A DNA stretch of 64,000 bases. It comes from an uncultured Syntrophaceae bacterium. Its GTDB lineage: Bacteria > Desulfobacterota > Syntrophia > Syntrophales > UBA2210. Location of the stretch: the NCBI GenBank assembly GCA_964610735.1, contig CAZSYH010000004.1, forward strand, positions 5,299 through 69,298, written 5' to 3'. This document shows, piece by piece, positions 19,039-29,293 of the stretch. The translations under genes were made by a program, and so were the position numbers. The number at the start of each line of letters is the position of its first letter. Within the stretch, counting starts at the first letter, position 1. The notes below the pieces were generated by a model. That model did no database searches. It was not told where the DNA came from and worked only from the letters and a program-made list of their open reading frames with translations.

Positions 19039-19842
19039 TTACTTATTCCTTTTAATCCGATTCAATGTCTCCGATATCCTGTGGGCCACCCTGTCAATTT
19101 TATATTTGCGAAGATATTTCCAGGAACGTTTATCTTTAAAAAAGAGATATACATTAGAAATTTTAGTGAGAAAGATATTGTGGTCATCATCATCGATCTG
19201 GATTCGGCCAATGCCGGCCAGACTGGGTCGCCTGTTTGTGGGACACTGCGTAAATACTGCTTGGAGCTCTTGCTCCTGCAAAAAATCCCATAATGGCTTT
19301 TCAGGAACCCCTTCTTTAAAAGCACAATACTGAATCTCCAAATCGATTTTGCCTTTTAAAATTTTCATCGCGCTGACGATGCTTTCCATAACTGCAGATT
19401 CATCGTATTTCCTCTTAATACTTCTTCCATTATAAGCCAACAGGCCCACATTCATTCCGCTTTCAATTATTTTATTAACTTCGCCCCATGTTAAGCATTT
19501 GATTAACTCACCCTTAATCTTTCTTTCTCCACCTATATATTCCGGAATGATAAAAAATGTTGCATGGAAATTATGACTTTTTAAAACGGGGAATACATCC
19601 GTGTAGGCGTCTCGATAGCCACCATCGATGGTAAGCGCGAGGGATTTAGGGGGCAAATTGTCATGACCGGCAAGATGATCCAGCGCCTGGTCCAGCGTTA
19701 CGATGTTATAGCCATTTTCTGAGAAAAATCTCATCTGCTCTCTGAAAGTTTCCGGCAAAACACCATCCTCCATAGCATCAGTCGGATAATGGCCAACGTT
19801 TTGATAGAGTAGAACTGGTATTTCTTTCATGATTCTCATCAT
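19039..19842 (-). CDS. Polysaccharide deacetylase (NodB homology domain)
   Basis: 'LALTIDGGYRDAYTDVFPVLKSHNFHATFFII'. Start set at ATG 19842, which overlaps the upstream TGA (ATGA). The ORF track extends to 19923. Confidence 0.75.
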   Translation of the reverse strand: MMRIMKEIPVLLYQNVGHYPTDAMEDGVLPETFREQMRFFSENGYNIVTLDQALDHLAGHDNLPPKSLALTIDGGYRDAYTDVFPVLKSHNFHATFFIIPEYIGGERKIKGELIKCLTWGEVNKIIESGMNVGLLAYNGRSIKRKYDESAVMESIVSAMKILKGKIDLEIQYCAFKEGVPEKPLWDFLQEQELQAVFTQCPTNRRPSLAGIGRIQIDDDDHNIFLTKISNVYLFFKDKRSWKYLRKYKIDRVAHRISETLNRIKRNK

Positions 19843-21050
19843 ATCGCTGCTCCATCCAATAAATTTTCCAGAGACCTGACATTTACTTCCCAGGAATAAT
19901 TGTCCTCCACAAATAACCTGCATTGAGAAGAAACATCCTGCCAGAGCTCTGGATTACTCTTGAACTCCTGACAGGTTTTAATGATTAAAGATGCCATTGC
20001 TTCAGAACTTGTATCTTTAAACAAATATTTTGAATCAAACTGACTCAAAATTTCAACTGTCCCGCCTACCGGCGTTCCCAGAACAGGAATGCCTGATGCC
20101 AGGGCTTCCAGAGTAATCAATCCAAATCCTTCTAATTCCAGGGTAGGAAGAACAAATATATCGGCCATGCGATAATAATCAGGAAGTTCTTCTTCCAGGA
20201 TAAAACCGGCAAATTTCACGTGATTTTCTATTCCCAGTTTTTGAGTCAAGGAAATAAGGTAATTTTTCAGAGGTCCCTCTCCACCCAAAACAAGATAAAT
20301 ATCAGGCACTGTTTTAACTACATCTTTGACGGCATATATCAGATTTTCCAGTCCCATCCTGGACACAAGATTTCTTACTGTAAACAATATCATCTTTTCT
20401 TGAGGAATATTCAACTGTTGCCTTATTATCTTTCTATCGGCGGCCGGATAAAATCGCTCAAGATCAACGCCTCCTGGAATAATTGTAATCTTTCCAGTGG
20501 GAATATTATAGGCACGCTGTAGTTTCTCCTCTGTAAACCAGCTGAGGACAACGACCGCGTCGGATTTACATAATGCTCTTCTTTCAATAAATTTTCGTGC
20601 CTCGATATTTAGAAAATACGGAATTCTTTTTACGATACCATTCGGCCGCGGATTCCTCGATTGAAACTCCTCAAAGGAAAGGGAATGACATGTGTAGATT
20701 CTTTTTATTTTCTGACTGGCGGATGAACGGATAACGCCGAGAGCGGAAAATGGTTGGTGAAAATTTATGCAGTCAAAAAAATATTGATTCTGGAGTGATT
20801 TAAAAAGTTTCTTGCAGTTTGATAAAGTGGACTTGATATAAGAGAAACCATTGCTTTGACCAACGTCATATCGCCATTCATTGACACCACAAATGATTTC
20901 ATGATTTGACTTATGGCTGGGCAACTTGCGGGTCAGAATATGAACACCATGCTCCATCTTTTGTAATCGAGTGCTCTGCTCAAACAGAACCCTCTCTGCT
21001 CCGCCAATTACCTTACTTATTGAAACATCGGACACAAATAATATATTCAA
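19839..21050 (-). CDS. Glycosyltransferase family 4 (GT-B)
   Basis: 'LPTLELEGFGLITLEALASGIPVLGTPVGGTVE'. Confidence 0.85.
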   Translation of the reverse strand: MNILFVSDVSISKVIGGAERVLFEQSTRLQKMEHGVHILTRKLPSHKSNHEIICGVNEWRYDVGQSNGFSYIKSTLSNCKKLFKSLQNQYFFDCINFHQPFSALGVIRSSASQKIKRIYTCHSLSFEEFQSRNPRPNGIVKRIPYFLNIEARKFIERRALCKSDAVVVLSWFTEEKLQRAYNIPTGKITIIPGGVDLERFYPAADRKIIRQQLNIPQEKMILFTVRNLVSRMGLENLIYAVKDVVKTVPDIYLVLGGEGPLKNYLISLTQKLGIENHVKFAGFILEEELPDYYRMADIFVLPTLELEGFGLITLEALASGIPVLGTPVGGTVEILSQFDSKYLFKDTSSEAMASLIIKTCQEFKSNPELWQDVSSQCRLFVEDNYSWEVNVRSLENLLDGAAI

Positions 21051-21256
21051 GATTCAAACCTCTTTAATCATCCACAGTCTAATCAAATTATTTTTTAATA
21101 ATACTTATTGAACACAAATGACCAATTAGATCAGATTGGCCGATTACAAAGAAAATATTTCAAGATCAGGAAAATAGAATTTATAGAAACCCCTGTCATG
21201 AGTGAGGAAACGTCCTGTCTTGATCATGGCGTGTGCTCCTATGAGAAAACCTCTTC

Positions 21257-22216
21257 TTAATTCTTATTCTTATTCTTTTCCCGCCCGACTCTACAGTGGA
21301 ACTGGTCATAAATTAATCTCATGAAAAGGCTTAGTATTATGTCATATACTGTTTGTATATTTTCAAGGGATTTCTTTCTTTTTAATTCGTTGGACGTGGG
21401 TCTTAAAGTCGCAGTGATACAGTTTATGGACATATGACCATAGGGTAGATCCTTAATTTTAATACTCTCACAGAACCAACCGGTTCTTTCGGTTAATTCT
21501 ATAATTGACTTACGGTTAAAATAGTTAACATGCCAAACTGCACCAGGCCGGCGTGTTAAAAGACGTTCTGCATACTCAAACGGAACTTCCAACAAGAGAG
21601 TCCCCATCGGACTAATTAACTGGCGAAGTTTGGTGAGAGAATGTTGGGGATCAGGTTCATGCTCAAGCACATGCGTATGGAGTATGAAATTGAAATAGTG
21701 ATCGACATTAAAATCCTTTATCAGATGAATCCCCTTCTCTAGTATGCTATCCCGCCCGAAATCGTAAACATACCTCTCAGTGTCATTTAGCGAATGATGG
21801 AGTAAATTAATTCCAGAACCTCCACCATAATCTAGGATTTTTGTTCCTCCACGATTAATAATTTCATGTGCATATCGACTTTGCCTTTCAGCCAATTTAT
21901 TTTGTGAGACCGTTGACGCCCACCGGTCTTCAGCTGTTAATCCCACAGCTTTATAGTATCTAATAATTCCAGGCGCAGAGTTATTATACAGTTTTTCCAG
22001 ATCACCATGATCATACGTGGGATTCTGGAAAAATAAGTAACATGAACGACATAGGTATATGGAACGAACTAAGGTACTAATATTGAGCCGTTCTAAGAGA
22101 AATTGGTCCTCTGAATCTGTGACATCTTTAGGTTTGAATCGTTTAGTCAGAACTTTTTCCCCATATTTTTCAATCTTTTTTGATTTGCACAGGGGGCATT
22201 CATCTAAAAGTCTCAT
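21257..22216 (-). CDS. Class I SAM-dependent methyltransferase with N-terminal Cys4 zinc ribbon
   Basis: 'CPLCKS...CRSC', then 'ILDYGGGSGINLL' and 'HTHVLEHEPDP'. Confidence 0.7.
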   Translation of the reverse strand: MRLLDECPLCKSKKIEKYGEKVLTKRFKPKDVTDSEDQFLLERLNISTLVRSIYLCRSCYLFFQNPTYDHGDLEKLYNNSAPGIIRYYKAVGLTAEDRWASTVSQNKLAERQSRYAHEIINRGGTKILDYGGGSGINLLHHSLNDTERYVYDFGRDSILEKGIHLIKDFNVDHYFNFILHTHVLEHEPDPQHSLTKLRQLISPMGTLLLEVPFEYAERLLTRRPGAVWHVNYFNRKSIIELTERTGWFCESIKIKDLPYGHMSINCITATLRPTSNELKRKKSLENIQTVYDIILSLFMRLIYDQFHCRVGREKNKNKN

Positions 22217-22246
22217 AGTAACAAGTATTTGGGTCTTAACTACATT

Positions 22247-23206
22247 TTAAGTTCGGTGTTCATCCGATGTGTTATTTGAAAATTCATATAAAAATCCCAA
22301 CGCATAGGCCGCTTCGCATAAAAACAATATGGATTTCCCGGTTATAATGGCGTGCAGCAGGCGGATTGGGAAGCGCAAAAAGCGCAACGGAAATGGCATG
22401 TGGGCTTTGAATGAACCGTGTTGCTGCGGCGTTTCGATTACCCATTGGGGATATCTACGGTTGGTGTAGGCAGCTTGGCGACCGTTACGGTAAAACTGTA
22501 GCAACAGTTTGTACAAATTATCCGGTGGCAAATGATGATAAATAACTCCGGGCACTACTATAACCCGTTTGCCCAGCTTTCTAAATTCTTCACGCAAATA
22601 TGGATCAAGCCCCCGGGGAATCAGTTCGTTCTCCCCGCCAACTTCCTTAAATTCGGAGGAGCGCATAATCAGGCAGGGATGCTCTGCAAGATCAGAATCG
22701 GTAATCTTTTGAACAGGCTTCCAGGAACGCCGTGGGATCTGCTTCATTACCCTTCTTACAAAAGGGCTTGCATCTTCCGGGATGACATTATTCCCACCTG
22801 CCATTCCTATTTCAGGATACTTCTCCATGACCGCCACCAATTTGCTAAAGGTTCCCGAATCAGGCAACGATGTATCATCATCCAGGGTTAAAAGATATTT
22901 TCCTTTAGCCAATGCAGCGCCGATATTGATCGCGCGTCCCTGCCGGGGATCGCCCCTGACGATTATGACTTCATAATCATTTATATCTTGATTCCCAATT
23001 TGTTTTAAGAGTTGAGCAAAATAACCACCGCGATAGGCATCAAAGGTAGGAATGACTATAGAAACCTCTATCTGGATATTGTCAGGCGAGTAATGCCAAA
23101 ACTCCCCGGGCGAAACCTTTTGGTTGGTATGCTTGACAAATGGGCGCTTAACCTCAGCCACCGGTAACCAGCAACCTGTTTGAAAGCGAACCTCAATGTC
23201 CTGCAA
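22247..23206 (-). CDS. Glycosyltransferase family 2
   Basis: 'VSIVIPTFDA', 'YEVIIVRGDP' and 'YLLTLDDD'. Confidence 0.8.
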   Translation of the reverse strand: MQDIEVRFQTGCWLPVAEVKRPFVKHTNQKVSPGEFWHYSPDNIQIEVSIVIPTFDAYRGGYFAQLLKQIGNQDINDYEVIIVRGDPRQGRAINIGAALAKGKYLLTLDDDTSLPDSGTFSKLVAVMEKYPEIGMAGGNNVIPEDASPFVRRVMKQIPRRSWKPVQKITDSDLAEHPCLIMRSSEFKEVGGENELIPRGLDPYLREEFRKLGKRVIVVPGVIYHHLPPDNLYKLLLQFYRNGRQAAYTNRRYPQWVIETPQQHGSFKAHMPFPLRFLRFPIRLLHAIITGKSILFLCEAAYALGFLYEFSNNTSDEHRT

Positions 23207-23972
23207 TGTTCTTTCCCCTTTCCTCTATCCTGGTAGGATTTTTCACAGCTACAAGGGCAAAACCTGAAGCAGCATGCCAAGCCATTTGATTCTTCTCCAA
23301 TAATATATCCAACCACGACACCGGAATCGCCAACCACCCGAAAATTCTTAGCCCGATTTTATATAGAATCTCATTATTCATGCTAAACAACATGGCCATT
23401 GTCTCCTGAAATTGCCAGGCAAGAGCCGAAGCGGGGCCAGCGACTACACGAAGTTCCAAGATATCAAACGAATTCATCAACTGTCGTAGCCCATCAGGCG
23501 TCCACCGATAAAAATCTCTTGGTGAAACATGGACTGTCTGCATGAAAGGTGTCTCTAAGAAAACTCTTCCCCCAAATTTAAGAATCCTATAGAGTTCCTT
23601 TACGGCCAAATATGGATCAGAAACATGCTCGAGAACACCGGTACACACAATAGTATCGACACTCATGTCTTTCACGGGCAAATGTAACAAATTACCTTGA
23701 ACATCTACTTCTTCACCTGCCAAAAGGTCCAGATTTAATATTTCCTTCCCAAAACGTCGAGACCCCGAGCCAAGATTTAGTTGCATCCCGTCAGAAGATC
23801 TGACCCGTTCATTCTGCAGGAACTGAAGGACTCGATTCCGGCTCCTCCTGGATTGCCAAGTGGGATGCGGCGGAGCAAACAACTTGAGTAGTTTTAATCT
23901 TATTATCCTGTGCATCTTTGAGATTTGGAATCTAGAGTTCATTAAAGCTTTATTATCTATCAAGTTCTTCAA
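23193..23972 (-). CDS. Class I SAM-dependent methyltransferase
   Basis: 'LNLGSGSRRFG' and 'VDTIVCTGVLEHVSDP...LKFGGRVFL'. Confidence 0.75.
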   Translation of the reverse strand: MKNLIDNKALMNSRFQISKMHRIIRLKLLKLFAPPHPTWQSRRSRNRVLQFLQNERVRSSDGMQLNLGSGSRRFGKEILNLDLLAGEEVDVQGNLLHLPVKDMSVDTIVCTGVLEHVSDPYLAVKELYRILKFGGRVFLETPFMQTVHVSPRDFYRWTPDGLRQLMNSFDILELRVVAGPASALAWQFQETMAMLFSMNNEILYKIGLRIFGWLAIPVSWLDILLEKNQMAWHAASGFALVAVKNPTRIEERGKNIAGH

Positions 23973-24013
23973 AGTTACTGCCCCGTTTGTTAACCAATTA
24001 ACTTATAACGCTT

Positions 24014-24265
24014 TCAAATAGTTAAAAAATATTGCACATCGAAATCCCAACCGATACGGCTATACATCTTTCGATAATATGGAACTTCCAAAGCTGCCTT
24101 GTTTATGGTTCTTCTAACAAGCTCCCACTGTTTGGAAACAAGTTCGTCCCGGCTCATCCACTGAGATTCGGGCAGTTCTTTCAGTGCTAGACCAACACAT
24201 TCCCCCTTCAAACTTTGTACAAACAGCCAGTAAATATATCGAGTAAAAGATGCATACAAACTCAT
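24014..24265 (-). pseudogene. N-terminal remnant (83 codons) of a CapK/PaaK-like adenylate-forming enzyme (coenzyme F390 synthetase-like)
   Basis: 'LKELPESQWMSRDELVSKQWELVRRTINKAALEVPYYRKMYSRIGWD' matches the first ~80 aa of ~430-aa CapK-type proteins. The ORF stops there and the rest of the gene is absent. Confidence 0.55.
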
Positions 24266-25401
24266 AAAGCAACAACTTCTTTATAAAGGTTTATGTATTC
24301 AGTAGCAGCCTTTTCCCATGAAAATATTTTTACTTGCTTATATCCCTCATCAATAAGCATTTGACGATAAATACTGTTATAAACAATTTTATTTAATCCA
24401 TTTGAAATATCATCCACGTTCATTGGATCCACGAGACATGCTGCCTGGCCTGTAACCTCAGGAATCGAAGAACTCTTTCCTGCAATGACCGGAACTCCCA
24501 TTGACATTGCGTCTAAAGGCGGGAACCCAAACCCTTCATAAAGTGAGACGTAGCATAAAGCATGAGCGTTTTTGATCAGCCCTGTTAATATATCCTCTTC
24601 TAGTTCTCCGCATATAAAAATCGAATCATGCATTCCAAGCTTCTTTGCTTTATCTGCTACAGCATTTTTTGTCCACTGCTCAGGAGAAATGCCCGCAATA
24701 ACCAGCAAAGGAAAATCTCGCTTTTCACTCCTGCACAACGCAACTGCGGCCACAAGACGCTCAAGATTTTTCCGTGGATCCTGCGCTCCTATATATAGCA
24801 AATATGGCTGAGTAAGTTTATTATTTTCAAACCACCCGTCTATCTTGTGAGAGATTTTTTCATCCAACATACGTGGAGAAAAACCGTTATGTATTACCTT
24901 TATACGCTCTTCCGGAAACGAAAAATACTTAACAACTTCCCGCATTGTAAACTCAGATACTGTAGCAACCATGTCAGTGCGTCTTAAAGCGGTTTCCATT
25001 ATCCTTCTATATCTTTCGACTTCCTTATCATGATAAAGTTCAGGCAAAGCAAAATGCCTGCAATCATGAATGGTTAATATCGTTTTTATATTCTTAACCG
25101 GTGGAACCTGAAGATAAAGAGAGTGAAAAATGTCAGCTTCTTTTAAAAATATGTCAAAGGGCAGCCGATCAATTTTCCACAAAATGTCAATTATTCTTCG
25201 TGGGATTTTGAGGCAATTATTTTCTGTATTTGGATATTGACAAAGGTCTCCACCTTCGTGTCTTCGAAAATAATTCAAAAAAACGGTGAATTTTACGTTG
25301 TCATCAATGCCGGGCAAATTGAGTAAAAGGTTGCGAACGACCTCGGAAAGACCGCTATATGGATTAACCAACAAGCAACTCGCATCAATAGAAACATTCA
25401 T
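24262..25401 (-). CDS. Glycosyltransferase family 4/1 (GT-B)
   Basis: 'VSLYEGFGFPPLDAMSMGVPVIAGKSSSIPEV'. Confidence 0.85.
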   Translation of the reverse strand: MNVSIDASCLLVNPYSGLSEVVRNLLLNLPGIDDNVKFTVFLNYFRRHEGGDLCQYPNTENNCLKIPRRIIDILWKIDRLPFDIFLKEADIFHSLYLQVPPVKNIKTILTIHDCRHFALPELYHDKEVERYRRIMETALRRTDMVATVSEFTMREVVKYFSFPEERIKVIHNGFSPRMLDEKISHKIDGWFENNKLTQPYLLYIGAQDPRKNLERLVAAVALCRSEKRDFPLLVIAGISPEQWTKNAVADKAKKLGMHDSIFICGELEEDILTGLIKNAHALCYVSLYEGFGFPPLDAMSMGVPVIAGKSSSIPEVTGQAACLVDPMNVDDISNGLNKIVYNSIYRQMLIDEGYKQVKIFSWEKAATEYINLYKEVVAL

Positions 25402-25519
25402 ATTATTTCGTTCCCGCTCATATTGGGGGGGATTACAGCCAATCCTGTCCGACGACCCATCAAACCAAATAAATCCTGAATCTTACGCATTTCTTCAATT
25501 ATAATGTATCATCGGATTT

Positions 25520-26431
25520 TCATGTATGGTTTTTGAAACTGATCCATTTAATTCGTTTGAAAAAACTAAAAAGGGCTGATTCCCTTTGAATATTATTTTT
25601 CAAATATCTTTCAATCATCTGAACCAGGAACATTAAATTTTTAGGGTGATATTGTCCAATTTTATTTGGAACGTTAAAAGTCATTATTTCTTTTTCAAAA
25701 ATAGGCTGATTGTCTGGAAATTCAAATCTTTCACGCCAGTAATGGTTGAAGTATATAGAATCGTCGCTCTTTTCTGATTCTACTTGGTTGACTAGACGCA
25801 TGTAATCAAGGTCATGGTGTAAGTGTTCTACCAAGGAATTCTTGGAAACGACGATCGAATAACCTTTCTCCCATATTTTTAACGATAAATCTGAGTCAGC
25901 CTTATAAAATTTATAGTTTACCTCATCAATCCAACCAATACTGTTGAGAATGTCTTTTCTATAAATTCCGTGATTTATAAGTATCTTTTCTCCAAATGCC
26001 TTGAAGACCTTGAAATTGTCTTCACTGAAACTGTCCCTGAAAGGAAAAGCGCAAGCGCCAATCTTTCCGCCTTCATCATTTTTAAAAAGTTTATATCCGT
26101 TTACGATGGAATCTTTATGAACATAACAATCGTCACTCAACATGCAAATGAAATCCGATTCTGCGACTTTAAATCCAAGATTCATAAAGTATCCCCAACT
26201 TTTTTTCATTACCATTTTCCCATTCTTTTCATACCGATTGTGCTGAATAATGGTAATTATATCTTTTTGTCTAACCAACCATCCTCCGGTACCGTCATTA
26301 GACCCACCATCCACAACAATGATTTCATATGGTACACCTATCCCATTCGCTCTGATACTATTTATGCAATTTTTCAACAGGTTCTTCCGATTATAAGTTC
26401 CGATTACAACACTAATCTCAGCTTTTTTCAT
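25520..26431 (-). CDS. Glycosyltransferase family 2
   Basis: 'ISVVIGTYNRKNLLKNCINS', 'IIVVDGGSNDGT' and 'MLSDDC'. Start set at 'MKKAEISVV' (26431). The ORF track extends to 26557. Confidence 0.8.
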   Translation of the reverse strand: MKKAEISVVIGTYNRKNLLKNCINSIRANGIGVPYEIIVVDGGSNDGTGGWLVRQKDIITIIQHNRYEKNGKMVMKKSWGYFMNLGFKVAESDFICMLSDDCYVHKDSIVNGYKLFKNDEGGKIGACAFPFRDSFSEDNFKVFKAFGEKILINHGIYRKDILNSIGWIDEVNYKFYKADSDLSLKIWEKGYSIVVSKNSLVEHLHHDLDYMRLVNQVESEKSDDSIYFNHYWRERFEFPDNQPIFEKEIMTFNVPNKIGQYHPKNLMFLVQMIERYLKNNIQRESALFSFFKRIKWISFKNHT

Positions 26432-26701
26432 TTCAAAACCTTTGCCAAACTCACCCAAAACGTCTTCAGGTCGGATAGAAGGTTGTCCACTATATTCCGG
26501 CATCCCTGTATCGCTTAAATGTTTTTCCTTGCAATTACGAGAAGAACTCCCTCTCATCTCATATCTGTTATATTATCGCCCTGCTTCTAATTTTCAAGGC
26601 ATACGTGCCTCAATTTTAAAGAGGTCTTTCTTTTAAAATCTCTCATTTATACGTATAGCATAGCTGAGGCCATCTGCACCGTTGATAAATATTGGTGTTA
26701 A

Positions 26702-27586
26702 TCAAATATAATTCTTTATCTTATGTTTATGAATTGCCAAAGTATTAGTTGGAAGATCGAGCAAGTCGACACGTGTCAGGCCACGCTCTTTCGAGTAATC
26801 AAAAAACACAAATTGCAATGGGTATAATATATTTTCAATTTCCTTAAAAACATCAACCCCCCGTAGCTCAACAAATGGTTGGAGTGTCTCAAAATAGATT
26901 ACAGGTTTATTCTTTTTGAGAATCTCAGTCGCTCCTTTAATAACTTCTAACTCCATACCTTCAACGTCGATCTTTATGAAATCGATCACGCGCGATTCAT
27001 GCCGAAGCATATCATCCAAAGTTTCGACAATTACCGGTACGCCTGAGTTTTCCAAAAGGCCACCGTTGCCTCTATTATTCATGTCTTCATTCCAATGTAA
27101 CTCACCATTATTATTTGAAACACCTATACATTTATATGAAATTACCGCTTTTAGTGAAGGATTTAATTCTATGTTAAATTTCAATCTTTCAAAGATAGGT
27201 GGGCCAGGTTCAAATGCAATTACTTTTCCTGTTGAACTAACTTGTTTTGCCATTATTAAAGTTAGTGCACCGACATTTGCACCGACATCAACCCCACAAC
27301 CACCTATTTTTAAAAACTTTGATATTACAGACGTACTATGAGGGTCATAGCTACCAGTAATCATTTCGCGCTCTATAGGGTACAGTGGATTGACCCTTAT
27401 CTTTTGGTCACTATTATAATAATCGATGATAAAGTCTATGGAAGGAAAATAAAGATAGTCAAGAAATCGAATATCATTTCTTACTAATAAACACTTAAGC
27501 CATAATGGTAAAGGAATAATATTTATTAAGTGTTTGATTTGTCTTTTAATATGGGCCAGCATTTGAAAACCTCTCCAGCTTTTCAA
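26702..27586 (-). CDS. FkbM-family methyltransferase
   Basis: 'GVDVGANVGALTLIMAK', 'VIAFEPGPPIFERLKFNI' and 'FIKIDVEGMELEVIKG'. Confidence 0.8.
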   Translation of the reverse strand: MKSWRGFQMLAHIKRQIKHLINIIPLPLWLKCLLVRNDIRFLDYLYFPSIDFIIDYYNSDQKIRVNPLYPIEREMITGSYDPHSTSVISKFLKIGGCGVDVGANVGALTLIMAKQVSSTGKVIAFEPGPPIFERLKFNIELNPSLKAVISYKCIGVSNNNGELHWNEDMNNRGNGGLLENSGVPVIVETLDDMLRHESRVIDFIKIDVEGMELEVIKGATEILKKNKPVIYFETLQPFVELRGVDVFKEIENILYPLQFVFFDYSKERGLTRVDLLDLPTNTLAIHKHKIKNYI

Positions 27587-27622
27587 AAACCTATAAAAGA
27601 GCGGCCTGTTATCGAAACCAGA

Positions 27623-28507
27623 TCACCCTGATTTACTGGGCATCTCAATGAAACTGCTCCAAAATTCTTCATCATGTTTTCTCCATCCATGACAGCCAAA
27701 AGGCAGCGTTCCCTTCGTTTCATTATACAGACGTTTGGGCTGGCACTCAAAAGCAAAATGAATGGCATCATTATAACCTGCAACGTTGAATTCACTTAGG
27801 ATTTTCTGAGCAAAAAATACGTAAAAGGAGTCCTCGTTCAGATAAAAATTTTTTATAAAGAAATACGAAATGTTTTTAATTCTAAATCTTCTGTACAGCA
27901 TCATTAAAATCGATGTGATTTTTCTGTCGCTTCTGTAATCCTCAACAAGGTCATTGAACCTCTTTACATATTTGAATTTTGTCTCCAGTACCTTAACGAT
28001 TGGCTTTACTCTCCTCAGTGAAAACCCACCATTCCCGGCGTATCTCATAAAATTACTGTTCCCATTGGATTCAGCTCTACCCTCAAACCAAGGTGCGCCG
28101 ATAAAGTCGAACCCCCTATTACACCAGTAGCCTAATTTATTGCTAAACACATAAGAATCAAGCTGATAGATCAATATATACTCATATAATATAAATCTTT
28201 TATAAAATTTCGTGCTTAGCATCAACTTGTTGTAATCATTAATACTGTTAAAATATTTATCTTCAAATCGTTCTACAAGACAATCTGAAAAATATTCTGC
28301 ACAGATTTTACTATAATTTGACAAATCAAGAGTTTCCGGCGCGGCAAAAATGACCGGGTGGTTTCTGAAAACCCTGAAACATTGTCTTAAAGACAATGTT
28401 TCATCGGCTTCAAGATCTTTTTTATATATAGGTATTACAATAGCTGCTTCCATAATTTGTGGAGGTACATAAATAAAGATTTGATCATTCCAGTAATACT
28501 TCGACAA
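27623..28507 (-). CDS. Hypothetical protein of glycan locus (possibly a DUF5672-type glycosyltransferase-like protein)
   Basis: 'AAIVIPIYKKDLEADETLSLRQC' resembles GT-A-like starts seen in capsule loci. No firm motif. Confidence 0.3.
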   Translation of the reverse strand: MSKYYWNDQIFIYVPPQIMEAAIVIPIYKKDLEADETLSLRQCFRVFRNHPVIFAAPETLDLSNYSKICAEYFSDCLVERFEDKYFNSINDYNKLMLSTKFYKRFILYEYILIYQLDSYVFSNKLGYWCNRGFDFIGAPWFEGRAESNGNSNFMRYAGNGGFSLRRVKPIVKVLETKFKYVKRFNDLVEDYRSDRKITSILMMLYRRFRIKNISYFFIKNFYLNEDSFYVFFAQKILSEFNVAGYNDAIHFAFECQPKRLYNETKGTLPFGCHGWRKHDEEFWSSFIEMPSKSG

Positions 28508-28605
28508 TCTTCATTTCAACATCATAATGCTTCTGTAAGACTTTCTCTAATAACCATGCCTTGCCAAATCAATTGTTTAAAATTTTGGTGCTCATGTTGA
28601 AATCT

Positions 28606-29274
28606 TCACGATTTGACACCTTTGACGCATTCAACCCTCAAACAAGGTTCACTCTTAGTGTGATAGTCCTGCGGTTCTTTATTTCTAATATCTCTGAACC
28701 CAGCTTTCTCTAAAAGGTTTTTCAATCTTTTAAAATTATATCCAAACAGATGCGTATCTCCAGGATATTTTTGCAGGCCAAAGATGTTATCTATCCGTTT
28801 TTCATTTCCCTCTAGGTATTCTTTTACCGCTTCATCAAAATCTGGGCACTCAATAATTAATTTTCCTCGTGGTATCAAAATCATGTACCATTCTTTCAGT
28901 ACTTTTGGAAAATCGTGCCTTGGTAAATGTTCAATAACATGATAAGTTTCGATTAACTCCACTGAATTATCGAGGTATGGTAATTTTCTTATATCACAGA
29001 CTAAATCCGTAGTTTCTGATTTCCTCCAATCAATATTTATATAATCATCAATATATCGCTTTCCGCAGCCTAAATGCAATTTCAATGCGCCCTTATCTTT
29101 CATCCCAAGCCCATATTTCAATCTGAGTATAGCGGGATTTATATTGCGCCGGATCGCATTCAGTAAATTTGAACTATACCAAATCTCTAACAGTTTGCTC
29201 CCTTGGTTATAGAAAGAAGTATTAAAGGTACTATCTATATAGCTAAGAAATCTTTTGATAAATATCTTAATCAT
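28606..29274 (-). CDS. Class I SAM-dependent methyltransferase
   Basis: 'LHLGCGKRYIDDYINID' and 'NSVELIETYHVIEHLP...LIPRGKLII'. Confidence 0.75.
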   Translation of the reverse strand: MIKIFIKRFLSYIDSTFNTSFYNQGSKLLEIWYSSNLLNAIRRNINPAILRLKYGLGMKDKGALKLHLGCGKRYIDDYINIDWRKSETTDLVCDIRKLPYLDNSVELIETYHVIEHLPRHDFPKVLKEWYMILIPRGKLIIECPDFDEAVKEYLEGNEKRIDNIFGLQKYPGDTHLFGYNFKRLKNLLEKAGFRDIRNKEPQDYHTKSEPCLRVECVKGVKS

Positions 29275-29293
29275 AAATTACACTATCCTGCCC

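Noticed and set aside
21121-21256. A possible 27-codon gene remnant (MIKTGRFLTHDRGFYKFYFPDLEIFSL) in the AT-rich spacer after the GT4 gene.
   Set aside because: It cannot be assigned to a family by eye and could be random. It is noted only as a possible further scar of cassette exchange.
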